Shown here in pieces: positions 57,215 to 64,000 of a DNA stretch of 64,000 nt. A program made the position numbers and the translations under genes. The notes below the pieces were generated by a model. That model did no database searches, was not told the DNA's origin, and saw nothing but the letters and a program-made list of their open reading frames with translations. Location of the stretch: positions 6,116-70,115 of the IMG/VR virus record IMGVR_UViG_3300032227_000922, one strand, 5' to 3'. This DNA is from a virus. Taxonomy: Duplodnaviria; Caudoviricetes. Numbering within the stretch: position 1 is the first letter of the stretch; each line of letters begins with the position of its first letter.

Positions 57215-57883
57215 ATGACCGCAAAAGCTAAACGCTCCAAGCGTTATCACTACTCCAGCAACCTTGTGTCGGCCTTCCTTCGGGACGTTGTTCCCGAGCA
57301 AGGCGGCCATTATGTCGTCTGCACCGCACGCCTTGAGACCCAAGGTGACGTAGTCTGGGCAGGACACCGCGCCTTCCCCGTGCTGGTCCGCAACCGAAAG
57401 CTCAAGGCACTGATCCTGTTACCCTGCGACGGTGTGCCCATACACGGAAGCATGCTGCCCGTTGTCCACATGACGGTCGGCTGCCGCGAGGGCATCCAGG
57501 AGTTTCACCTCAAGCCGATCGAACAGCGCACCACCCGATGGGACTGGCGCACCAAGGAGAACCATTCTGGCATTGACTACACCCCGATCATTGTCGACCG
57601 GCTGTCCGAGGATCTTGCGGACTGCGACCTTGCAACCCTGCAACGGCTCGCTGGCGACAGGGTCACACGGATCATGGCAGGCGTGCCTTCCAACAGGTGG
57701 CAATCCCCTGGCCGGTTCTGCCATGCGCTCACCGGAGCTTACCGATACTACGGGACCAATGCCCTGCAGGAAGCTCTCGGCTTGGTGTCGGAACGCTTCT
57801 CCCAACTCGGCTTCGAGTGGAACGAGGAGTGGAGCCGCATAGCCCTCATCGCCTCCGCCAAGCGCAAGCTGACCGCATCCTAA
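57215..57883 (+). CDS. hypothetical early protein
   Basis: 222 aa directly downstream of the promoter. Confidence 0.7.
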   Translation: MTAKAKRSKRYHYSSNLVSAFLRDVVPEQGGHYVVCTARLETQGDVVWAGHRAFPVLVRNRKLKALILLPCDGVPIHGSMLPVVHMTVGCREGIQEFHLKPIEQRTTRWDWRTKENHSGIDYTPIIVDRLSEDLADCDLATLQRLAGDRVTRIMAGVPSNRWQSPGRFCHALTGAYRYYGTNALQEALGLVSERFSQLGFEWNEEWSRIALIASAKRKLTAS

Positions 57884-57907
57884 TCACCCAACTAACCAAC
57901 TAACCAA

Positions 57908-58300
57908 ATGAGCACTACACAGACGCCCGACAACGAGGTCGATGGGGATTCCCATGGACCTTACCAAAACTGCCCCCATTGCGGGGCTGAATTACTAACC
58001 GAAGTGCCCCATGGTGATATAAGATACAAATGCGGGTATGAGTACGACCAAGATCATGAGGTTTACTACCGCACCGACCTCTGCCGCGAGCGAGAGGCGC
58101 ACCGCAAGACGAGGGAGGAGCGGGACAAGCTCCAGAAGAACTTGGATGCTCTGGCAGGATTCTTCTACAGGGCGATGCAAATCGTCGAAGGTTTCCGAGT
58201 CACCCTAGAGGAAATCACCGAGGGAGAAGTGGAGTGTAAGCAACTCAAAGAACTTCGGGAGGATATTGAAGCCCACACCAAAGCCAACAAAATTAAATGA
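57908..58300 (+). CDS. zinc-ribbon / coiled-coil protein
   Basis: TPDNEV, CPHCGAE...YKCG...RTDLCREREA, then coiled coil. Confidence 0.7.
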   Translation: MSTTQTPDNEVDGDSHGPYQNCPHCGAELLTEVPHGDIRYKCGYEYDQDHEVYYRTDLCREREAHRKTREERDKLQKNLDALAGFFYRAMQIVEGFRVTLEEITEGEVECKQLKELREDIEAHTKANKIK

Positions 58301-58325
58301 ACCAACCACAGACACCCGACAACCT

Positions 58326-58436
58326 ATGAAAACGACTTTTGGAAATTCACATCTAGCACAAGGAATTGCCGCTTCTTTGGTCATACTCTCATTCTGCCTT
58401 GGGATTGGAGGGTGCATTCATCTTTGCAACAAATGA
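58326..58436 (+). CDS. 36-aa membrane/lipoprotein-like peptide; not in ORF track
   Basis: MKTTFGNSHLAQGIAASLVILSFCLGIGGCIHLCNK; flanked by 19-bp direct repeats. Confidence 0.5.
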   Translation: MKTTFGNSHLAQGIAASLVILSFCLGIGGCIHLCNK

Positions 58437-58654
58437 AACCACAGACACCCGACAACGAGGTCGCAAGGCTCCGCGAGGAAATTCAAACCCTGAACATCAA
58501 ATGCGCCATCCTATCCAAGTGTGTCCTCGACATGCTTGACGAGGTGGATTGCCACCCACATTGCGATTCTCATCACGGATCGCGCTGTTCCTGCGGCAGA
58601 GGAGAGAGGCAACTATTCATCGCCCAAAAAACCCTAGAAAAATTAACCAAATGA
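58433..58654 (+). CDS. Cys/His-containing coiled-coil protein
   Basis: Start ATG 58433; PQTPDNEV; CHPHCDSHHGSRCSC. Confidence 0.6.
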   Translation: MKPQTPDNEVARLREEIQTLNIKCAILSKCVLDMLDEVDCHPHCDSHHGSRCSCGRGERQLFIAQKTLEKLTK

Positions 58655-58992
58655 CAACGCAAGAACGCATCGACGAACTAAAACAATGCCCAGCATGGGA
58701 AACTCATGTCTCTAGCCTAGAGGCATTGGCACTCCAACTCGACTCCGACCTCTGCCGCGAGCGCGAGGCGCGTCAGAAGGCGGAAGCATCGTTGAACCAA
58801 ATTCATTCCGATTGGAAAGAGAAATGCCTTGAAGCCGACAATTTAAGGCAGCACCTGAAAATAAATGTCGAGTTACGATCAAAGGAAAAGCAAGAAAACG
58901 AGAAGCTCCGCGAGCTGCTGGATGAGCTAATCAACGGAAGCACCCGCATGACCAAAGAGATCATCGACGAATACAACCAACTAACCAACTAA
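58651..58992 (+). CDS. coiled-coil protein
   Basis: Start ATG 58651; SDLCREREA module. Confidence 0.65.
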   Translation: MTTQERIDELKQCPAWETHVSSLEALALQLDSDLCREREARQKAEASLNQIHSDWKEKCLEADNLRQHLKINVELRSKEKQENEKLRELLDELINGSTRMTKEIIDEYNQLTN

Positions 58993-59017
58993 CCAACAAC
59001 CCCAATACATAAACAAA

Positions 59018-59434
59018 ATGGAAACCAACATCCCCAACAAGATCGCCGAAGCCCGACTCACCGAGTCCTGTGACCCTGACACCCTGCAACTCTTCACCCT
59101 TGCCAACAAGTGCGGGGTGACCCGTGCCGAGATCGACTTCTCAGGTAGCGGAGACAGCGGCGAAGTCAACGACTCCGTCCTGTATCGAGGCGACGAGTAT
59201 GTCAAGGATCACCACGACGAGGACGTAGGTAAACTGGATTCCCTGCTCAACGCATACTTCCACGAACACCTCTCCGACCGCATCGGCTGGGATTGGTACA
59301 ACAACGAGGGAGGCGGCGGCCAAGTGACCATCCATTTCACCACTGGTCAGATCGAGATCTCCGGCTACTACTACACCCAGTGTGACGCCGACGGCGAGAC
59401 CTTCAACATCTTCGAGACCGAGGAGGCGGAGTAA
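59018..59434 (+). CDS. DUF6878-like protein
   Basis: EIDFSGSGDSGEV...GWDWYNNEGGGG. Confidence 0.8.
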   Translation: METNIPNKIAEARLTESCDPDTLQLFTLANKCGVTRAEIDFSGSGDSGEVNDSVLYRGDEYVKDHHDEDVGKLDSLLNAYFHEHLSDRIGWDWYNNEGGGGQVTIHFTTGQIEISGYYYTQCDADGETFNIFETEEAE

Positions 59435-59817
59435 TGCACCCTTATCATCACTCCCTCTCCTCCGTCCGCAAGTTCGGCGGCAAGCCCGAGGACTACCAAG
59501 CCATCCACGACTGGTTCGACGAGAGCAAGATGTTCTTCGCCGACTACCGGCATCGTGCTCTGCGTCACCATGCGGAGGGTATCTACATGGCCGAGCGGAT
59601 CTTCGGCGTAACTATCACAAACGCGGACGGCAAGCAGATCCCCGTGCGCTACATCGGCGAGCAGCATGTCCGCGAGGATCTTGGACGCATACCTTCTGTG
59701 CAGGATTGGTTCTCCAAGATCGAGGGAGAACGCTGGATGAGGCCACGACCCCATGATGTCGAGGACGACATCTATGAGGCGGCAACTGGCGTCCGCCCCG
59801 TACCTTCCACCGCCTAA
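59434..59817 (+). CDS. DUF6915-like protein
   Basis: HPYHHSLSSVRKFGG.PEDY..IHDWFDESK...HRALRHH.EGI...EQHV.EDLG.IP. Confidence 0.85.
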   Translation: MHPYHHSLSSVRKFGGKPEDYQAIHDWFDESKMFFADYRHRALRHHAEGIYMAERIFGVTITNADGKQIPVRYIGEQHVREDLGRIPSVQDWFSKIEGERWMRPRPHDVEDDIYEAATGVRPVPSTA

Positions 59818-59897
59818 CCCCATGTCCGATCAAGCTCCAACCCCACAACCCGAGCCCGACATCGACCCCGAGTCCGTCAACCCCGACGTCCCTCAAT

Positions 59898-60134
59898 ATG
59901 TCTTCCCCTTCTTCAACGACACCCCGGATTGAGTTCGTGGGAAACCGATGGTGGCCCGGATACTTGGAGAGTTACTTCAAGGAAGCGGGCGGCCGCATCC
60001 ATTACACCGTCGTAACCGAGGGTTCCTACAAAAAGGAACCCGCAATCTACCGCAACGGATACCCCACAGATCGCGGCTACTTCTCCCCCGAGTTGCGTGC
60101 CCGTCTGCTGGCGATGGCCCGACTCTACTCATAA
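59898..60134 (+). CDS. small protein ending SPELRARLLAMARLYS
   Basis: C-terminus resembles 479..700 and 697..906. Confidence 0.6.
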   Translation: MSSPSSTTPRIEFVGNRWWPGYLESYFKEAGGRIHYTVVTEGSYKKEPAIYRNGYPTDRGYFSPELRARLLAMARLYS

Positions 60135-60147
60135 CCAACCAACAACT

Positions 60148-60321
60148 ATGAAACCAGACAGCACCCGCCCATACCTGGGCCACGTCAAAGAATACCACGG
60201 AGACCGACCTTGTATCTGGTGGCCTCCGTTCCTCATGCGGCTCGCCGCTCGTGGCCTGATCGGCCAAGAACGCCGTTACCGTCGAACCTACCTCAAGCCA
60301 ACCGACACTAAACAACCATGA
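60148..60321 (+). CDS. hypothetical protein
   Basis: Start ATG 60148 after an A/C-rich leader; coupled to the next gene. Confidence 0.55.
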   Translation: MKPDSTRPYLGHVKEYHGDRPCIWWPPFLMRLAARGLIGQERRYRRTYLKPTDTKQP

Positions 60322-60572
60322 AACCATCCGACATCCGATTCACTCAATCACTCCTCTGCCTCATCATGGCCAACCAGTTCCCTACCGGCTCGCTCATGGC
60401 GACCCTTGTGGCAGGCGTTGGCCTCGGGCTGGCGCTGGGGGGTGGCTACCTCCTCCTCTGCACGGAGGACGTGGCCAACCTTCGAGTCGTTCAGTTCCTC
60501 GTGAACATCTCAGCCGAGAAGAAAACCGAGGAGCAGCAAACCGATTCCATTAACCAACAACACAAAAACTAA
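60318..60572 (+). CDS. membrane protein
   Basis: LMATLVAGVGLGLALGGGYLLL TM segment. Confidence 0.6.
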   Translation: MKPSDIRFTQSLLCLIMANQFPTGSLMATLVAGVGLGLALGGGYLLLCTEDVANLRVVQFLVNISAEKKTEEQQTDSINQQHKN

Positions 60573-60577
60573 TACAT

Positions 60578-61651
60578 ATGACAAACCTAGTAGAAACCAA
60601 GGACATCACCAAGAAGTTCAGCGAGTCTGTCGTTCTCGTCCGCCTGCAGCTCTCACGCTTCGGCACCGACAAGATCGACAAGGACAAGAGCAAGGAGTTC
60701 CGCGACCTCAACGGCGTCACCTCCAAGGACGCGGCCAAGGTCACCAAGAAACTGCTGCCCAAGTCCAAGTCCCTTGAGGCTCTGAAGTCCCACGACGCGG
60801 CCACATGGAACCGGCTCAAGCGGCATGGCGCACCCTACTCCAAGGGCGTGCTGATGATCGCCGCCTCCAAGTTCCTTGAGGCCACCGCCCAGCTCCGCGT
60901 CGATCTTGCCAATCGCGGCACCTACATCCGAGCTTGCGGCCAGGACTACGACATGAGCAAGGCCGCCGCCAAGGCTACCCTGGGCTCCACCTACAACGAC
61001 GCGGACTACCCGACCACCGAGGAGTTCCTGTCCGAGTTCACCCATGAGTTCGACGTGCTGCCTATTGCTGACCCGTCGCAGCTCAACCTTGCGGTGATGA
61101 GCGACGTGTCCGACGCCATCCAGCAAGCGGTCAACGACACCTACCACGAGAAGATTGCCACACTTGCACCGCACATCCGGTCGGTGTTGCTTGAGCCTCT
61201 GGTGCGCCTGTCGGAGACCTGCCAGCGTATCCTCGACACCAAGGGCGAGACCCGAGTCTTCGCCTCCGCCTTCGATAACGTCCACGCCGCAGCCGAGCAA
61301 GCCAAGGGGTTGAACATCTTCGAGGACGACCAGATCCGCAACGCAGTCTACCAGATCGAGCAGGTCATCCCCCAACACGCTGGCGGCATCAAGGAAGATC
61401 TCTTCCGGTGCAACCAGATACGGATCGACACAAACTCTATCATCGAGTCGCTTGATGGAGTGCCGCCCTTGACCGGTGCGGCTATCTGGCCCTGCGACCC
61501 TGTAGCCGAGTCACCCGAACCCGTGCATCAATGGACCGAGGAATCCATGAGTGAGGCAACCCCGCTCACCAAAGCCCTTGAGTCTGTAACCACCGAAACC
61601 AACACCACTCCCGCCGACAACGACGTCCTGTCGAAGCTCGGCTGGGTTTAA
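60578..61651 (+). CDS. DUF3150-like helical protein
   Basis: 357 aa, helical; lies upstream of a MoxR AAA+ and a DUF2201 gene, the context where I recall this family. Confidence 0.55.
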   Translation: MTNLVETKDITKKFSESVVLVRLQLSRFGTDKIDKDKSKEFRDLNGVTSKDAAKVTKKLLPKSKSLEALKSHDAATWNRLKRHGAPYSKGVLMIAASKFLEATAQLRVDLANRGTYIRACGQDYDMSKAAAKATLGSTYNDADYPTTEEFLSEFTHEFDVLPIADPSQLNLAVMSDVSDAIQQAVNDTYHEKIATLAPHIRSVLLEPLVRLSETCQRILDTKGETRVFASAFDNVHAAAEQAKGLNIFEDDQIRNAVYQIEQVIPQHAGGIKEDLFRCNQIRIDTNSIIESLDGVPPLTGAAIWPCDPVAESPEPVHQWTEESMSEATPLTKALESVTTETNTTPADNDVLSKLGWV

Positions 61652-61657
61652 TACACC
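61645..61657. promoter_or_regulatory. operator-like palindrome
   Basis: GGTTTAATACACC across the stop codon, upstream of the AAA gene. Confidence 0.6.
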
Positions 61658-61721
61658 GCAAACAATTTGTCAGTACACAACACATAACCCAACAACATAA
61701 CCAACTAACCCTACAACAACT

Positions 61722-62738
61722 ATGACCACCATCGAAATCACTCCTACCCAACTCCGCGACGTCCTCAAAGATTGCCACGCCGCCAAGCTCAACCCCTTCG
61801 TCCAGGGCCAGCCTGGCGTCGGCAAGTCCGCCGTCGTCGCCGAGTACGCCAAGTCCATCGGTGCCGAGTTCGTCGACGCTCGCCTCGCCTACTACGCACC
61901 GCAGGATGTGCAGGGCTTCCCCTACCTCCATACCGGTGAGGACGGCGAGAAGACCATGCGCTTCTCCAAGCCCGCCTTCTGGCCCAAGACCAGCAGCCCA
62001 GTCATCGGCCTTGAGGAGTTCAACTGCGCCACCAAGTCGGTGCAGAACGTCGCCCTGCAGCTGCTCAACGAGCGCCGTGTCGGCGAGCATGTCCTCCCCG
62101 ACGACGCGTTCGTCTGCCTGCTTGGCAACCGCGCCGAGGATCGCGTCAACATCGAGAAGCTGTCGTCCGCCGTGGTGAACCGCATCGTCAACATCCGCGT
62201 CCGCCTCGACCTCGACAGCTGGATCAAGTGGGCACAGAACAACGGCATTGACCCCATCGTCACTGCCTTCCTGCGCTATCGCCCCGACCTCCTGTCCACC
62301 TTCAATGGTGCCAAGTGGGACGGCATCTCCAACTTCGCCAGCCCCCGCACCTGGGAGAAGGCGAGCAAGATCTACGAGACCTCGACCAACCGCACCATCC
62401 GCCACGCGCTCCTCACCGGTGCGCTGGGTGACGGCGCTGCCTCCGAGTTCCTCGGCTTCCTCGGTGTGTATGAGAAGCTGCCCGACCTCGACGCTGTCCT
62501 GCTCAATGCAGACACCGCCGACATCCCGACCGATCCGTCCACGATCTACGCCACCTGCGCCGGTCTGGCCAAGAAGGTCAAGCCCAAGACCATGGGTGCC
62601 TTCCTCACCTACACCGAGCGCATGGGCAAGGAGTTCTGCGTCTTCGCTCTGAAGTCCGCCGTCCTCCGCGACAAGACGCTCTGCAACACCGGAGCGTTCA
62701 CCACCTGGGTCTCCGACAACCAGGAGGTCTTCGCCTAA
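61722..62738 (+). CDS. MoxR-like AAA+ ATPase
   Basis: Walker A GQPGVGKS; variant Walker B IGLEEFN; sensor GN; LSSAVVNR; SPRTWE. Confidence 0.88.
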   Translation: MTTIEITPTQLRDVLKDCHAAKLNPFVQGQPGVGKSAVVAEYAKSIGAEFVDARLAYYAPQDVQGFPYLHTGEDGEKTMRFSKPAFWPKTSSPVIGLEEFNCATKSVQNVALQLLNERRVGEHVLPDDAFVCLLGNRAEDRVNIEKLSSAVVNRIVNIRVRLDLDSWIKWAQNNGIDPIVTAFLRYRPDLLSTFNGAKWDGISNFASPRTWEKASKIYETSTNRTIRHALLTGALGDGAASEFLGFLGVYEKLPDLDAVLLNADTADIPTDPSTIYATCAGLAKKVKPKTMGAFLTYTERMGKEFCVFALKSAVLRDKTLCNTGAFTTWVSDNQEVFA

Positions 62739-62742
62739 TCCC

Positions 62743-62943
62743 ATGGAAGAGGACGACCCCGAAGTGACGGAAGCCGATGCGATCCTTCGCCTCGCTGGCA
62801 ACCCCTCGCTCAAGAAACTGAGCGACAAGATTTGCTACGAGGCAGGCCGCATCTCCGATCACGAGTACGAACTGCGACAACTCAAGCGTCAGATTAATGA
62901 CTTGAGATTGGCGGTTGATACTCTTCTGGCCAAGCTTCGATAA
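62743..62943 (+). CDS. small coiled-coil protein
   Basis: 66 aa. Confidence 0.6.
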   Translation: MEEDDPEVTEADAILRLAGNPSLKKLSDKICYEAGRISDHEYELRQLKRQINDLRLAVDTLLAKLR

Positions 62944-62945
62944 AT

Positions 62946-63167
62946 ATGAGCGACGGCCTGTCACCCCTTGCCATGGCCAAGTCCACCCTCCGGCTCCTCG
63001 GTAATAAAACCATCGAGGAGTTGGAGGAAGAGATTGAGGAACACAACGCAGCGTTAAGAGCAGCCCAAGAGCGGATCGAAGAGCTTGAACAGGAAAACTA
63101 CGAGCTTCAGGAAACCGTGGACAAGCTGACCGACGCTATCGACCGAGCCTACCGCTTACTTCCATGA
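62946..63167 (+). CDS. small acidic coiled-coil protein
   Basis: 73 aa, ATGA-coupled. Confidence 0.65.
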   Translation: MSDGLSPLAMAKSTLRLLGNKTIEELEEEIEEHNAALRAAQERIEELEQENYELQETVDKLTDAIDRAYRLLP

Positions 63168-63454
63168 CCGAGCAACAGATCCGCGCAACCCTCCGTCTCG
63201 GAGTGCAGGTCTTCCTGCGCTCTGAGCGGACGGGCCGCGTGTGGATCGTCACCCACGACGACAACGACCCCACCAAACTGCGGGGCTATCCTGACTGCCG
63301 ATACCCAACCTACAAAGAGACCGGCCCGCTTACTACCAAGCAAGTCGGGTGGCATCTCATCAACAAACCCCACAACTTCACCACTACCCCACCATGCGCT
63401 TCTGGTTCCACTACAACAAACCTCTCAGCAGACAACGCGACTGCAACGTCCTGA
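63164..63454 (+). CDS. hypothetical protein, paralog of 52583..52825
   Basis: Shared N-terminal 40-aa pattern. Confidence 0.55.
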   Translation: MTEQQIRATLRLGVQVFLRSERTGRVWIVTHDDNDPTKLRGYPDCRYPTYKETGPLTTKQVGWHLINKPHNFTTTPPCASGSTTTNLSADNATATS

Positions 63455-63606
63455 CCATCCACTTCAAGGGAGCCTGCCACTTTGTGACCGGGCTTATCTG
63501 CAACGTGCCGATCGCCACCCGCGACCGCAAGTCGCAGCCCCGCTGTGTCATGGCCGGTAACGCCACGAGCATCTCTATCATAAACGACATCGCAACCATC
63601 AACTAA
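63394..63606 (+). CDS. conserved phage hypothetical protein
   Basis: FWFHYNKP.S...IH...CH.V....C.VP...K.QP..VM.G motif; start ATG 63394. Confidence 0.7.
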   Translation: MRFWFHYNKPLSRQRDCNVLTIHFKGACHFVTGLICNVPIATRDRKSQPRCVMAGNATSISIINDIATIN

Positions 63607-63615
63607 CCAATACCT

Positions 63616-64000
63616 ATGTCCGACGCATCTCAGAAAATATCACAAGCCACCACTCAGATCATCCTGGACCACCCCTTCTTCGCAACCCTGCTGCTGCACA
63701 TGCCGCGCATCGAGGACCCCTCGGTGCAGACCGCTTGCACCAACGGAGTCGTGATCAAGTACAACCCCAAGTTCGTTGACACGCTGACCCAGGAAGAAGT
63801 CGCGGGTCTCCTTGTCCACGAGGTCCTGCACCCTGCGCTTGGCCACCTCCATCGCCTGCCTGCCAATGCCCATGGCAACATGGCTGGCGACTACGCGATC
63901 AACAACTTCCTCGACAACTACAACAAGGGTGTCGGTTGCAACCGGCTCAAGCTGACCGATGGCGGACTGCTCAACCACGACTACGACGATCTCTCCGCCG
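63616..64000 (+). CDS. DUF2201 N-terminal putative metallopeptidase (VWA-associated), truncated by the window end
   Basis: HPFFATLL...TACTNG....YNP.F...LVHEVLH..LGHL.R...N.AGDYAIN. Confidence 0.85.
   Translation, partial: MSDASQKISQATTQIILDHPFFATLLLHMPRIEDPSVQTACTNGVVIKYNPKFVDTLTQEEVAGLLVHEVLHPALGHLHRLPANAHGNMAGDYAINNFLDNYNKGVGCNRLKLTDGGLLNHDYDDLSA

Overview
The window is almost entirely the genome of one temperate, podovirus-like tailed dsDNA phage. It is probably nearly complete, and the last gene is cut by the window end. Layout: (1) 1-6.4 kb, + strand small accessory genes, including an array of eight coupled ORFs ending in an RL(L/M)(Q/R/E)-type motif and a candidate histone-fold protein. 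(2) 6.6-38 kb, - strand morphogenesis operon: terL, portal, scaffold, major capsid, collagen-like fibre, autotransporter-repeat fibre, lysis cassette, Ser/Thr-octapeptide protein, spike, adaptor and three putative ejection proteins up to 2677 aa. (3) 38-52.8 kb, + strand: tyrosine integrase, RHH regulator, excisionase, glycosyltransferase, RuvC-like resolvase, nucleotide enzymes, SF2 helicase, Cas4-like nuclease, SSB-like protein, family A DNA polymerase and primase-helicase. (4) A ~2.2 kb mostly non-coding region with repeats and an AT-rich core (ori and/or pac), next to an isolated terS. (5) 57-64 kb early genes, including a DUF6878/DUF6915 pair and a DUF3150-like / MoxR AAA+ / DUF2201 module. 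A 13-bp palindrome (GGTRT-N3-AYACC) recurs at about 12 intergenic or gene-junction sites. A Verrucomicrobiota-type Gram-negative host is inferred from the PATR repeats, the integrase motif variant and the SD-less leaders; it is not shown directly. Family names come from motif recognition by eye and from memory, not from database searches.
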